Assembly (NCBI GenBank): GCA_040880345.1 | Contig: JBBDIQ010000034.1 | Coordinates: 20,566 to 84,565, forward strand | DNA length: 64,000 nucleotides | DNA from: Flavobacteriaceae bacterium | Lineage (GTDB): Bacteria > Bacteroidota > Bacteroidia > Flavobacteriales > Flavobacteriaceae | Direction of reading: 5' to 3' | In this document: piece by piece, positions 1 to 10,074 of the stretch | How the letters are laid out: every line of letters starts with the position of its first letter | How positions within the stretch are numbered: position 1 is the first letter of the stretch | Program-made: the position numbers and the translations under genes | Notes under the pieces: generated by a model | Told to the model about the DNA's origin: nothing | What the model saw: only the letters and a program-made list of their open reading frames with translations | Database searches by the model: none

Positions 1-1970
1 ATAGGCACCCAGGCTCTGTAATTACCGGGAGAGTGAGGTCCCAGTTTTAACTGGCGCATCATCGCTTCTTCGCGGTATTGAATTCTCCAGATAGTTGCCC
101 ATGAGAGGAAGAATCTCTGTTCTTGTGTAAACCCGTCGATTAATCCCGGGTCACCGTGTTCTGCTAAATACAATCTCAAACCATCAAGTGCCGCATTGGT
201 TCCTCCAAGGTCACCAATGTTTTCACCAAGAGAAAGTTTTCCATTGATAAATTGACCGGGCAACACTTCAATTGTACTGTATTGATTGGCAAGTCCTTCT
301 CCCAGGGCTTCAAAAGCGGTGAGGTCTTCTTCTGTCCACCAGTTGTTGAGGTTACCTTCGGCATCAAAACGCGCGCCGCTGTCATCAAAACCGTGAGATA
401 TTTCGTGACCAATCACTGCTCCAATTCCTCCAAAATTCACTGCAGGATCTGCTTTGTAGTCATAGAAAGGAGGTTGCAAAATGGCAGCAGGAAATACAAT
501 CTCGTTGAATGTTGGGCTGTAGTAAGCATTTACAATTTGAGGAGGCATGAACCATTCTGTTTTGTCAACGGGCTTGCTCAACTTTTCAATGGTGCGGTTA
601 TAGTTCCACTGTGATGCAGCCATACGGTTGTCAAAAAATGTGGCATCTTCCTTTACTTCCAATTCTGAATAGTCTTTCCAAACATCGGGATATCCAATTT
701 TAATATTTATTTTATGGAGTTTTTCGAGTGCTTTCACTTTGGTATCTTCTGTCATCCAGGGTAGTGCTTTGATGCGGGTATCATAGGCTTGAACCACCTT
801 ATCAATCATTTCTTCAGCAGTTTTTTTGGCTTCCGCCGGAAACATTTTATCAACATAAAGTTTTCCAAGGGCTTCACCAAGAACACCATTTACAGTGCTC
901 AAAGCTCTTTCATCAAGTGGCTTTTGTTTTTCAGCACCGCTCATCGTTTTTGCATAAAAATCCCAGTTTGCTTCTTCAATTTCCATACTCAGCATTCCGG
1001 AAGCTCCGTTTAAAGCAGACCATTTCAGGAAAGTTTTCCAGTCGTCAACATCGTTTTCTGCAAAGATATCTTTTAGAGATTCTGTGTATTTCAACTCTGT
1101 AATGATGATGGTGTCAATTTCTTTGGCTCCAATACCTTCTAAATATTTTGTCCAGTTAATTTGAGGCACCATTGTCTGAAGTTGCTCAATAGATCTTGGA
1201 TTGTTTCTTTTTCTGGCATCACGGCGTTCTGCTCTGTCCATTCTGTGTGTTGCGAGTTTGGTTTCAAAGGCAAGGATGCGTTGCGCTTGTTCAGCGGCTT
1301 CTTCTTCAGTGTCTCCCAAAAACTGCAACATTCTGGTAACGTGTGCTACATATTTTTCTCGTTTTTCTTGAGAGTCTTCATCGTCATTTAAATAGTAATC
1401 TTTATCGGGAAGTCCCAAACCGGAAGCACCCAGATAAGCTACATTTTTATTACTGTCGTTAGGTGCACCAGAAACATAAAACCCAAAGAAGTCTGAGCTT
1501 CCTTTGGACTGCATTTCTGTAAGGTAGTTTTGCAGTCCTTCAATGTCTTCAATCGCATCAATTTTTTCAAGGTATGGGACTAAAGGATCGATACCTGCTG
1601 CATCTCTGGCAACCGTATCCATAATTGATTTAAACAGATAGACTGCTTTTGCCTGGTCTGAACCGGCTTCAATTGATGGGTCGTCCATCGCTTCTTTGAG
1701 AATGTTCAATACATCCTCGTTTGTTTTTTTACGCAAGGCGCCAAAGCTTCCCCAGTTTGTTTCGTCTTCAGGAATGGGGTTTTCATCCAGCCAGGTTCCG
1801 TTTACATGTCTAAAGAAATCTTCGGTGGGGCTCACGGTAGTATCCATATAAGCCAGATTAATACCGTGAATCGTGTCGTCTTTTTGCTCTTCTTTGTCTG
1901 TTTTACAAGCCACGGTCATAGCAGTTAAGGCTACTATGGCAAGCATTGTTTTTAATGTGTTGGTTTTCAT
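1..1970 (-). CDS. M13 family zinc metallopeptidase (neprilysin/PepO-like) lipoprotein, 3' end runs off the window
   Basis: Open frame from ATG at 1970 (MKTNTLKTMLAIVALTAMTVAC, lipobox); HEISH at 393-407, GENIGDLGG and PHSP motifs. Missing from the ORF track because no stop codon lies in the window. Confidence 0.92.
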   Translation of the reverse strand, partial: MKTNTLKTMLAIVALTAMTVACKTDKEEQKDDTIHGINLAYMDTTVSPTEDFFRHVNGTWLDENPIPEDETNWGSFGALRKKTNEDVLNILKEAMDDPSIEAGSDQAKAVYLFKSIMDTVARDAAGIDPLVPYLEKIDAIEDIEGLQNYLTEMQSKGSSDFFGFYVSGAPNDSNKNVAYLGASGLGLPDKDYYLNDDEDSQEKREKYVAHVTRMLQFLGDTEEEAAEQAQRILAFETKLATHRMDRAERRDARKRNNPRSIEQLQTMVPQINWTKYLEGIGAKEIDTIIITELKYTESLKDIFAENDVDDWKTFLKWSALNGASGMLSMEIEEANWDFYAKTMSGAEKQKPLDERALSTVNGVLGEALGKLYVDKMFPAEAKKTAEEMIDKVVQAYDTRIKALPWMTEDTKVKALEKLHKINIKIGYPDVWKDYSELEVKEDATFFDNRMAASQWNYNRTIEKLSKPVDKTEWFMPPQIVNAYYSPTFNEIVFPAAILQPPFYDYKADPAVNFGGIGAVIGHEISHGFDDSGARFDAEGNLNNWWTEEDLTAFEALGEGLANQYSTIEVLPGQFINGKLSLGENIGDLGGTNAALDGLRLYLAEHGDPGLIDGFTQEQRFFLSWATIWRIQYREEAMMRQLKLGPHSPGNYRAWVP

Positions 1971-2064
1971 TATTTGAATATAAGTTTTGGATTTAATAAG
2001 GAGGCTAATATATTACTATTGTATCAGTCGAACTGTTAAATTAAAATTAAAATACAGTCTTTAC

Positions 2065-2619
2065 TTAAAGAGTATCACGGCTTTGACCGGTTTCTGCACG
2101 TTGCATGTTTTCTTTCAATTTGGTCATTTCATCAATGCGTTGTTTTTCAAAAAGTTCATTGATTTGAATGATAACGTTTGAAAAAGCAGTATTGGTTTCT
2201 TTGAGATTTTCTGTGATTACATCAGTTTCGACAGTGGGTTGATGCATTGTTTCATCCAATAATTTTACCCTTACATTGAGAACACGCATTCTCGAAGAAA
2301 TGGCATTTGTGTTCAAATATTCGGGAATGTTTTTTAACAAGGAATCTGAAACAGTAACCATTCTTTCAGTTTCAGCCCTGTAATCTCTTACATTTCCTTG
2401 ATTGATGCGTTTCAGGTCATTTTCAAATTCTTTAAAATATTGCCAGGAAGTAACCTGGTTTTGGGCTTCAGCCGAAAGAACCGGAAAGCGGCTGTCAATT
2501 TGTGGTAAATCTAAATCAATTTCATTATTTGATTGATTTGCGTTCTCTTCTTTTTTGGTATTACAGGACACCAGAAAAAGACTCAAAATCAAAACGAAGG
2601 ATGCAATAAACGATTTCAT
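2065..2619 (-). CDS. Hypothetical lipoprotein
   Basis: 184 aa, signal peptide ending LVSC, otherwise helical and charged. Confidence 0.75.
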   Translation of the reverse strand: MKSFIASFVLILSLFLVSCNTKKEENANQSNNEIDLDLPQIDSRFPVLSAEAQNQVTSWQYFKEFENDLKRINQGNVRDYRAETERMVTVSDSLLKNIPEYLNTNAISSRMRVLNVRVKLLDETMHQPTVETDVITENLKETNTAFSNVIIQINELFEKQRIDEMTKLKENMQRAETGQSRDTL

Positions 2620-2784
2620 TTAAATAGTTCTTATTAAAAACGAAAGTACTTATTTTTAAGAAGACCTCAGTAAAATCTTATCAAAAATAAATTCAGTATT
2701 ATCTTTTAAGGATGTTATATTTTTCAGAAGGAATGCCACGTGCCACTTTGATTTTATATCTTTACGACTCAAAATACAAAACCA

Positions 2785-3738
2785 ATGAAATCAAGAATTC
2801 TCATCCTGGGTGCCTGTGGACAAATAGGCACTGAACTAACTACGGCATTACGACAAAAATATGGCAATCATAAAGTAATTGCCAGCGACATTAGAGAAGG
2901 TGATGATGAAATGATGAAAAGTGGTCCGTTTGAAATCATTGATGCAACCAATTATGAAGCCATTGAAAACATTGTCATTCAGTATGGAATCAGTGAAGTC
3001 TATTTAATGGCGGCCATGCTTTCGGCGACAGCTGAAAAATTTCCTATGAAAGGATGGCAATTGAATATGAGTTCTTTGTTTAATGTGCTTAATTTGGCAA
3101 AAGATAAAAAAATTGAAAAAGTATTTTGGCCCTCGAGCATTGCCGTTTTTGGACCCACGACTCCCAGAGTAAACACACCTCAACGCACGGTGATGGAGCC
3201 CTCAACCGTGTATGGCATTAGCAAACAGGCAGGTGAGCGCTGGTGTGAATACTATTTCAATAAATATGGTGTCGATGTGCGCAGCATTCGGTATCCGGGA
3301 ATCATTAGTTGGCAAACGCTTCCGGGAGGCGGCACTACAGATTATGCCATTGACATTTATCACAAAGCCCTCAAGCACAATAAATATATTTGTTTCCTCA
3401 AAGCCGGCACGACATTGCCCATGATTTACATGGATGATGCCATCAGGGCAACGCTTGATTTGATGTGTGCTCCTTCAGAGAACATAAAAATACGCTCCTC
3501 ATACAATCTGGCAGCCATAAGTTTTGACCCCGAAGAAATTACTTCAAGCATTCAAAAACAATTGCCAGACTTTAAAATTGAATACACACCTGACTTTCGC
3601 CAGGCCATAGCAGACAGCTGGCCGCAAAGTATTGATGACCAGGATGCTCGAGATGATTGGGGATGGCAGCACAGCTATGATTTGGATGCCATCACTGAAG
3701 ATATGCTAAAAAACTTAGCGCCAAAATACACTAAATAA
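2785..3738 (+). CDS. NAD-dependent epimerase/dehydratase family protein, probable SDR-type L-threonine 3-dehydrogenase
   Basis: ILILGACGQIG Rossmann motif, YGISK (YxxxK), PGGGTTDY motif typical of SDR threonine dehydrogenases. Confidence 0.85.
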   Translation: MKSRILILGACGQIGTELTTALRQKYGNHKVIASDIREGDDEMMKSGPFEIIDATNYEAIENIVIQYGISEVYLMAAMLSATAEKFPMKGWQLNMSSLFNVLNLAKDKKIEKVFWPSSIAVFGPTTPRVNTPQRTVMEPSTVYGISKQAGERWCEYYFNKYGVDVRSIRYPGIISWQTLPGGGTTDYAIDIYHKALKHNKYICFLKAGTTLPMIYMDDAIRATLDLMCAPSENIKIRSSYNLAAISFDPEEITSSIQKQLPDFKIEYTPDFRQAIADSWPQSIDDQDARDDWGWQHSYDLDAITEDMLKNLAPKYTK

Positions 3739-4526
3739 TGTCACAGGACACTGAAATACTAACAGCAGCGTCACAATTAGAAGTCGCAGCAGCATCAAAA
3801 GTTCCCTGTGATCCTGTTAGAGTTCTCATTGGCGAAACTTCTCAAGAAAAAGCCTATAAAGTTCAAAATTTAATCACTCAAAGTCGAATTTTGCAAGGAG
3901 CTAATGTCATTGGTAAGAAAATTGGCCTTACCTCTGTAAAAGTGCAACAACAACTGGGCGTTGATCAACCCGACTTTGGAATGTTGTTTGACGACATGGA
4001 AATCAAAAACGGAGGGAAACTTTCCATTTCTGAAACCATGCAACCCAAAGCAGAAGCCGAAATTGCTTTTGTACTCAAAAAAGACCTCCTTTCAAAAAAC
4101 CCATCCCTCACAGAAATTGAAGAAGCAATCGATTATGCTGTTGCTGCTATTGAAATTGTGGGCAGCCGCATTGCCAACTGGGATATTAAAATCACAGACA
4201 CCATTGCAGACAATGCCTCGGCAAGCCATTTTGTGCTGGGGGATGTCAAAAGTAAACTTTCAGAGATAGATGTAATTGATTGCGAAATGCAATTGTTTCA
4301 AAATAACCAATTGGTTTCGCAAGGAAGCGGAGCGGCTTGTTTGGGCTCACCACTCATTGCTGTGCAATGGCTTGCAAAAAAAATGGCGGAAATGAATAGT
4401 CCGTTAAAAGCCGGGGACATTATTTTATCAGGAGCTTTGGGACCTATGGTGAATGTTGTTGCCGGAGACACTCTTTTTGCAACTGTGGAAGGTTTGGGCA
4501 GAGTGGGGATTGAGTTTGTTGAATGA
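3738..4526 (+). CDS. 2-keto-4-pentenoate hydratase-like protein (fumarylacetoacetate hydrolase family)
   Basis: GKKIGLTS...QQQLGVDQPDFG, EAEIAF, DTIADNAS and LSGALGPM motifs; start overlaps the upstream stop (TAATG). Confidence 0.88.
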   Translation: MSQDTEILTAASQLEVAAASKVPCDPVRVLIGETSQEKAYKVQNLITQSRILQGANVIGKKIGLTSVKVQQQLGVDQPDFGMLFDDMEIKNGGKLSISETMQPKAEAEIAFVLKKDLLSKNPSLTEIEEAIDYAVAAIEIVGSRIANWDIKITDTIADNASASHFVLGDVKSKLSEIDVIDCEMQLFQNNQLVSQGSGAACLGSPLIAVQWLAKKMAEMNSPLKAGDIILSGALGPMVNVVAGDTLFATVEGLGRVGIEFVE

Positions 4527-4694
4527 AATTAATTGATAGTTAGTCTTTTTAACTTTCGCAGTTTTGATGCAATTCTCTATTAATTTTATTGTTTAAATCT
4601 TTTTCTTAATACAAGTATTGTAAAGGTATTTAAAACCGCACTTAAGAAATCTATATAAATCATCATCTTTGTCACTACATACAATTTATCAGTT

Positions 4695-6083
4695 ATGAAA
4701 ATTCTTTACCCAGTCTTGATTGTGATTGCTTTTTTGGCGATTATCCCTGTTGTAAACGCGCAAAACTTTTATTTACATCCCAACGGTGTGACCTGTATGT
4801 GTCCTGATGCAGCCATTGGTGAAACTGGCGAGGTGAATGGTGTGATTTACACCAAGAGATCAAGAGAACAAATTACAACTCAAAATGCATCTACTACTTG
4901 TACCAGTGGGATAACTGATATGAGTGAGATGTTTTATCAAGCATACTCCTTTAACGAAAACATAAGCAGTTGGGATACAAGTAGTGTAACAGATATGAGC
5001 AACCTGTTTCACCTTGCGATTTCATTTAATTGGGATATAGGCAGTTGGAATACAAGTAATGTGACTGATATGAGCTTGATGTTTAGGGACACATATTCAT
5101 TTAATAACCCCCTTAATAGCTGGGATGTTTCAAATGTAATAAATATGAGTCAAATGTTTTATAATGCTGAGTTATTCAATAATGATATTAGTAACTGGAA
5201 TGTTAGTAATGTAACAAATATGAAATGGATGTTTAGAGATGCAAGCACATTCAATCAACCACTAAATAACTGGGATGTTTTAAATGTGATAAATATGGAA
5301 TATATGTTTCAGAATGCAGACGAATTTAATCAACCTCTTGGTAACTGGGATGTTTCAAATTTGATAAATATGAAAGGGATGTTTAATCACGCAGATTTAT
5401 TTAATCAGCCTCTTAACAGTTGGGATGTTTCCAATGTAATTACAATGGAAGCTATTTTTACAGCAGCATACTCATTCAATCAGTCACTTGATAACTGGGA
5501 TGTGTCAAACGTGTCAAATATGCGATTCATGTTTTTTAACACCACATTGTTTAATCAACCTCTCAATAATTGGGATGTTTCCAATGTAACAAATATGTTT
5601 GCAATGTTTAGTGCCGCACTTTCTTTTAACCAACCGTTAAACAACTGGGATGTCTCTAATGTCATAGACATGATATCTATGTTTAGAGATGCAACCTTAT
5701 TTAACCAGGACATCTCTGGTTGGTGTGTGGAGCAAATACCTGAGGAGCCAACAGATTTTGCTTTGAACTCTCCATTACAAGAGTCATTCAAACCTCAATG
5801 GGCCGAAGAATGTATTTTATTTACTGCTCCTCATAGCAATCCCCAATTGGCCATTAAGATCTATCCAAACCCGGCACGTGATGTCTTTACACTAAACAAC
5901 GAAAGTAATCATAGCATAGAGATGATCACTATTCTAAATATGCAAGGCCAAGTTGTAAAGCAAGTTGATGGAATTCAATCGAAAACACAACATATAAATA
6001 TTCAGGATTTAGCCTCAGGGAACTACTTTGTAAAAATCGTTACAAACGAGACAAATCTGGTCAAACAATTTATCAAGAATTAG
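4695..6083 (+). CDS. BspA-like/DUF285 repeat surface protein with T9SS C-terminal sorting domain
   Basis: Signal peptide, 11 x 25-aa WDVSNVTNM repeats, C-terminal IYPNPA...GNYFVKI...KQFIK domain. Confidence 0.9.
   Translation: MKILYPVLIVIAFLAIIPVVNAQNFYLHPNGVTCMCPDAAIGETGEVNGVIYTKRSREQITTQNASTTCTSGITDMSEMFYQAYSFNENISSWDTSSVTDMSNLFHLAISFNWDIGSWNTSNVTDMSLMFRDTYSFNNPLNSWDVSNVINMSQMFYNAELFNNDISNWNVSNVTNMKWMFRDASTFNQPLNNWDVLNVINMEYMFQNADEFNQPLGNWDVSNLINMKGMFNHADLFNQPLNSWDVSNVITMEAIFTAAYSFNQSLDNWDVSNVSNMRFMFFNTTLFNQPLNNWDVSNVTNMFAMFSAALSFNQPLNNWDVSNVIDMISMFRDATLFNQDISGWCVEQIPEEPTDFALNSPLQESFKPQWAEECILFTAPHSNPQLAIKIYPNPARDVFTLNNESNHSIEMITILNMQGQVVKQVDGIQSKTQHINIQDLASGNYFVKIVTNETNLVKQFIKN
4905..5729 (+). 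repeat. 11 tandem 75-bp coding repeats (DUF285 type)
   Basis: Protein units such as SNVTNMKWMFRDASTFNQPLNNWDV recur every 25 aa from residue 71 to 345. Confidence 0.9.
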
Positions 6084-6107
6084 TTTTGTTTTAATCAGGT
6101 AAAATAA

Positions 6108-6137
6108 AAAAGGCTCTACATCTCTGTAAAGCCTTTT
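6108..6137. terminator. Probable bidirectional intrinsic terminator
   Basis: AAAAGGCTCTACA-TCTC-TGTAAAGCCTTTT hairpin between the convergent DUF285 gene and tRNA. Confidence 0.75.
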
Positions 6138-6147
6138 CTTCATTAAG

Positions 6148-6221
6148 CTCCCCCTCAAGGACTCGAACCTTGGACCCTCTGATTAACAGTCAGATGCTCT
6201 AACCAACTGAGCTAAGGAGGA
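6148..6221 (-). tRNA. tRNA-Asn (anticodon GTT), CCA not encoded
   Basis: Minus strand TCCTCCTTAGCTCAGTTGGTTAGAGCATCTGACTGTTAATCAGAGGGTCCAAGGTTCGAGTCCTTGAGGGGGAG folds as a cloverleaf with a TTCGAG T-loop. Confidence 0.97.
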
Positions 6222-6267
6222 AGGTAATTTTACCTTTGTGCTCGCCTACCTTTTCGGTAAGCGGATG

Positions 6268-6275
6268 CAAATATA
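6268..6275 (-). promoter_or_regulatory. Bacteroidota -7 promoter box for tRNA-Asn
   Basis: TATATTTG on the minus strand, about 47 nt upstream of the tRNA 5' end. Confidence 0.6.
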
Positions 6276-6357
6276 ATTGAATTTTTAATCGATGCAAATA
6301 CTTGTGTCAAAAAATACTATATTTTTTGTTTCTTTGGTTTAGATAAACTCTGATTAT

Positions 6358-7686
6358 ATGCGACTTTTAATTGTATTTATAATTCTTCCATTCACATTAT
6401 TGTCGCAAAGCGATACCTTAACCACACCCCAAAACATCAAAACCGGCTGGACATTTGGGCTCTTACCGGCGGTTTCTTATAACAGTGACCTGGGTTTTCA
6501 GTATGGCGGGGTGGTCAATTTCTTTCATTATGGCGATGGCTCCCGTTACCCAAAATACAACCATTCGTTATTCCTTGAAATTTCCCGGTTTACAAAAGGC
6601 TCAGGAATCAATCGTTTTTTTTATGACTCAGACCAATTGATTCCAAACCTTCGCACCACAGCCGACTTGAGTTTTCTAACAGAAAAAGCGCTCCATTTTT
6701 ATGGGTTTAACGGTTATGATGCCGTTTATACCCCGGAATGGGAAGATGATGAAAATCTTACTGACTATATCTCCAGAGTCTATTACCGGCATGAACGCCA
6801 AATATTTAAATTCACCTTTGACCTTCAGGGAACGTTGAGTGGCAATCACCTGCGATGGCTGGCGGGAATGGGTCTTTTTAAAACCGAAATCGCTCCGGTA
6901 GATATCGATGCACTTAACAAAGGAAAAGACGATGACGAGTTGTTGCCCGATGTTCCCGGGCTTTATGATCGCTATGTGGAATGGGGTGTTATTTCTCAAA
7001 AGGAAAAAGACGGCGGCTGGAACAATCATCTAAAACTGGGGTTGATTTATGACACCCGCGATTTTGAACCCAATCCATCTAAAGGCCTTTGGAGTGAAGT
7101 CATTTTCTTTATCTCACCCGATGTTGCAGGAAATGAATTTGGATATACTAAAATGAGTCTCACCCACAGGCAATACATTCCCGTGCTACCCCAAAAGAAA
7201 CTCACACTGGCGCTTCGTGCACACTACCAAACCACTTTAGCAGGCAAGGTGCCGTTCTATATGCAGCCCTATCTCATCAGTTCTTTTTACAACGCTGCCA
7301 ATACAGATGCACTGGGTGGCGCCCGAACTTTGAGAGGTGTTTTGCGTAACCGCGTGGTGGGAGATGGCGTCCTGATGGGCAATGCCGAACTGCGATGGAG
7401 AAGCAATCCCAAAATACTCTTTAAACAAAATTTTTACCTGGGTATCAACGCCTTTTATGATACGGGGAAAGTGGTAGATAAAATTGATATTGACACTTCC
7501 GGTGTGCCTGAAAATGAACGCTCTGTTTTTTTCGATCCCGGTGCTGAACGCTTTCATTCCTCTCTGGGCGCCGGACTCAGAGTGGTGATGAATGAAAATT
7601 TTATCGTGGCACTCGATTATGGAAAACCTCTGGATGTCCGAGATGGCAAAAGCGGACTCTACATTGGATTGAATTATCTATTCTAG
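6358..7686 (+). CDS. Omp85/BamA-TamA family outer membrane beta-barrel protein (no POTRA domains evident)
   Basis: YDTRD motif, ALGGARTLRG loop, ELRW, C-terminal YIGLNYLF beta-signal. Confidence 0.82.
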   Translation: MRLLIVFIILPFTLLSQSDTLTTPQNIKTGWTFGLLPAVSYNSDLGFQYGGVVNFFHYGDGSRYPKYNHSLFLEISRFTKGSGINRFFYDSDQLIPNLRTTADLSFLTEKALHFYGFNGYDAVYTPEWEDDENLTDYISRVYYRHERQIFKFTFDLQGTLSGNHLRWLAGMGLFKTEIAPVDIDALNKGKDDDELLPDVPGLYDRYVEWGVISQKEKDGGWNNHLKLGLIYDTRDFEPNPSKGLWSEVIFFISPDVAGNEFGYTKMSLTHRQYIPVLPQKKLTLALRAHYQTTLAGKVPFYMQPYLISSFYNAANTDALGGARTLRGVLRNRVVGDGVLMGNAELRWRSNPKILFKQNFYLGINAFYDTGKVVDKIDIDTSGVPENERSVFFDPGAERFHSSLGAGLRVVMNENFIVALDYGKPLDVRDGKSGLYIGLNYLF

Positions 7687-7745
7687 GCGTAAGAGTTTAT
7701 CAAAGTATTAACAATCAGCTACTTATTATTTTGTATCTTATGTTT

Positions 7746-7967
7746 ATGAAACATCAAAGATACATATGGCTGGCATTGATATTACTCGCCTTATTACTCA
7801 TCTCTATATATGCAGCGATGAATCCTGTTTTTCCATTTAATTATGTGTTGTGGATTGCCGGGATTGTAGTCTTACTTATAGCGGTACTATTTGTGCTTCA
7901 AAAGAAAAGAAAATCTAAGAAAACCTTCAAAGATTGGTATGAGGACGACCCCCGAAATCCAAAATAG
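7746..7967 (+). CDS. Small membrane protein, two predicted TM helices
   Basis: Hydrophobic segments followed by a basic tail and KDWYED; ATG at 7746 preferred over TTG at 7731. Confidence 0.65.
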   Translation: MKHQRYIWLALILLALLLISIYAAMNPVFPFNYVLWIAGIVVLLIAVLFVLQKKRKSKKTFKDWYEDDPRNPK

Positions 7968-8042
7968 TATTCCTCTTGTTTGTTGAATTATTTTGGTATT
8001 TCAAAATACTTAATAACAACAAAATTAATGTAACTTTATCCA

Positions 8043-8285
8043 ATGCTTAAACTCTACATCATTGGACTCGCCATTCTGATTACTGCCATTCTGGCCAACT
8101 TGCTTGCATCCAAACTTGGGTTGTTGTCCTGGTATGATTTTCTAAACCTTCTTTCAGATAAAGATCGAGACGGGATTAAGGAGGTTCGATTCTTTGATTA
8201 TGTCTGGCTGCTATTGTTATATCCTGTGGCGCTTGGTTTGGGGTATTGGTTTGGAATCAAATTATTTCAGGCTATCTTTAGCTAA
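8043..8285 (+). CDS. Small membrane hypothetical protein
   Basis: 80 aa, two hydrophobic stretches, 6 nt upstream of the nitroreductase. Confidence 0.7.
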   Translation: MLKLYIIGLAILITAILANLLASKLGLLSWYDFLNLLSDKDRDGIKEVRFFDYVWLLLLYPVALGLGYWFGIKLFQAIFS

Positions 8286-8291
8286 AAAACT

Positions 8292-9020
8292 ATGGAAAAA
8301 ACCGTTACCGAAGCCATCACATACCGGCGCTCCTGCCGTGTATATACAAATGATCCCATTGACACAGAGAAAGTAAAACAATGTCTGCAAAACGCAGCTT
8401 TGGCTCCCACCAGCAGCAATTTGCAATTATGGGAATTCTACCACATTGCAGATTCTGAAGTATTGAAAAAGCTTGCGGTTGCCTGTTTCAATCAAAATGC
8501 GGCTAAAACGGCTCAGCAAATGGTGGTCGTGGTTGCCCGAAAAGATCTTTGGGGCAAACGCGCCAAATCTAATTTGCAATTTCTCTACAAAGCTTTTGAC
8601 AAACCCAATCTCACTGATCGCGAGCAAGGGCGTAAAAAGATGGCGCTCAATTACTACGGGAAGTTAATCCCATTTACTTATTTTGATTTTCTTGGGATTT
8701 TTGGATTTTTGAAATACTGGTTTTTTCAAGTGGTGGGGCTTTTCAGACCCATTTACAGGCAGGTGAGAAACAGCGATATGCGCATTGTGGCTCATAAAAG
8801 TGCCGCACTGGCCGCTCAGAATTTTATGATTAGTATGGCAGCCATTGGCTATGATACCTGCCCAATGGAAGGCAGCGATACCCTAAGGGTTAAAAAAATC
8901 CTCAAACTTCCTCGGGGGTCAGAAATTAATATGGTGATTGGTTGCGGTCTCAGAGACGAAAAAGGAATTTACGGTCCGCGTTTTCGGGTGCCTTTTGAAA
9001 CGGTTTATAAAGCTATTTGA
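8292..9020 (+). CDS. Nitroreductase family protein
   Basis: RRSCR FMN-binding motif, APTSSNLQLWEF, GYDTCPMEG. Confidence 0.9.
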   Translation: MEKTVTEAITYRRSCRVYTNDPIDTEKVKQCLQNAALAPTSSNLQLWEFYHIADSEVLKKLAVACFNQNAAKTAQQMVVVVARKDLWGKRAKSNLQFLYKAFDKPNLTDREQGRKKMALNYYGKLIPFTYFDFLGIFGFLKYWFFQVVGLFRPIYRQVRNSDMRIVAHKSAALAAQNFMISMAAIGYDTCPMEGSDTLRVKKILKLPRGSEINMVIGCGLRDEKGIYGPRFRVPFETVYKAI

Positions 9021-9034
9021 TTTTAAAAAAAAAA

Positions 9035-10000
9035 TCAAAACAAAATACTCCAAATCCCCCTCACCTCATTTTCCTCATAACCCGTTGCCAGGTCGTTTGG
9101 GTAAAGTAATTTGATTTGTTTCATAACATTGATGTCCATTTTATCCGGTTTACCATGACATTGCAGGCACATGCTATTTGTAACGATGGGATAGTAAAAT
9201 CGGGTCTTGTCGCCCCGGGGTAGGACTACCGCTTGAGGGTCTTTGCCCGCATCAATTTTTTTCTGAAAGGAACTGATGTAATATTGTTCTTCTTCATTGG
9301 CGGCATTATTCGGGTTGCGGTTTTTGTCACTCACACGTTTAATGACAGCGCTGTGTTTTTCTTCCATTTGTTTTGTTAAGGGAATGGCTTCAATATTGCA
9401 AAACTCCAGAGCGTGTAACGTACCTTCTTTTTGAATGGCACCCATTAGATTTTGCCCCAAGAGTTGTTTGGTTTCTAGTGCAATTTCCAAACCGATTTCT
9501 GCTTTTTGCTCCAGGGAGTTTTTAAGTGTGTCGGTTTGTCCCATACCGTGACGCATTCCTTTGCCTTTACCCTGTTTGTCCTTCCGGGTATCTTCCAGCG
9601 GGTTGTTTTCATACAAATAATCGGCAATTTCTTCTAAAACACCGTCGGGAAATTTTTGATAAGGCATCAGTCCAAAGTTGCGAATCGCACCCGGCATTTT
9701 GGCTTTGGCCTCTGTGGGTTTTTCTAAAAAGGTCAGAAAGTTCTTCATAAATTCTTCTTTCGTCGTTCCTTCTTTGATGTAGTGACTTTGCACCATCGCC
9801 ATTGGGGGCGCAATGCGATTGTCCCGCCCAACACCATCGGGAGCGTGGCATACATAACAATGGGTTTCCATAAGTTTTTTGCCTGGGTGGTTTGAAGCAG
9901 CAACCTCAGGATGAAATAGGATTCCTTCATAAGGCTCTTTGTTGTTTTTACAACCCGTTAAAAACAGGGTCAAAACAAAAATCATTAGTATGTTTTTCAT
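9035..10000 (-). CDS. Lipoprotein c-type cytochrome with a C-terminal DUF3365 (Tll0287-like) haem domain
   Basis: Lipobox LTGC; CYVCH and CLQCH haem motifs; RNPNN and GEVRG-like DUF3365 signatures. Confidence 0.85.
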   Translation of the reverse strand: MKNILMIFVLTLFLTGCKNNKEPYEGILFHPEVAASNHPGKKLMETHCYVCHAPDGVGRDNRIAPPMAMVQSHYIKEGTTKEEFMKNFLTFLEKPTEAKAKMPGAIRNFGLMPYQKFPDGVLEEIADYLYENNPLEDTRKDKQGKGKGMRHGMGQTDTLKNSLEQKAEIGLEIALETKQLLGQNLMGAIQKEGTLHALEFCNIEAIPLTKQMEEKHSAVIKRVSDKNRNPNNAANEEEQYYISSFQKKIDAGKDPQAVVLPRGDKTRFYYPIVTNSMCLQCHGKPDKMDINVMKQIKLLYPNDLATGYEENEVRGIWSILF

Positions 10001-10018
10001 GTTGGGGAATTAGGTACC

Positions 10019-10063
10019 TAAAAATACAAAAACCGGAGTGTTTTTAATGTAACCTTTGTTACA
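10019..10063 (-). promoter_or_regulatory. Crp/Fnr-like palindrome plus -7 box upstream of the cytochrome c gene
   Basis: TGTAAC-CTTT-GTTACA at 10048-10063; TATTTTTA (minus) at 10019-10026; 21 nt between them. Confidence 0.6.
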
Positions 10064-10074
10064 GATAGAAAGAA

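Noticed and set aside
176-1391. Short ORFs in the track (176-412, 252-614, 789-1013, 917-1102, 1161-1391)
   Set aside because: Antisense or off-frame shadows of the M13 peptidase frame that runs off the window.
6148-6221. tRNA-Asn as an integration site
   Set aside because: No integrase and no duplicated tRNA 3' end were seen in the window; a normal terminator follows the gene.
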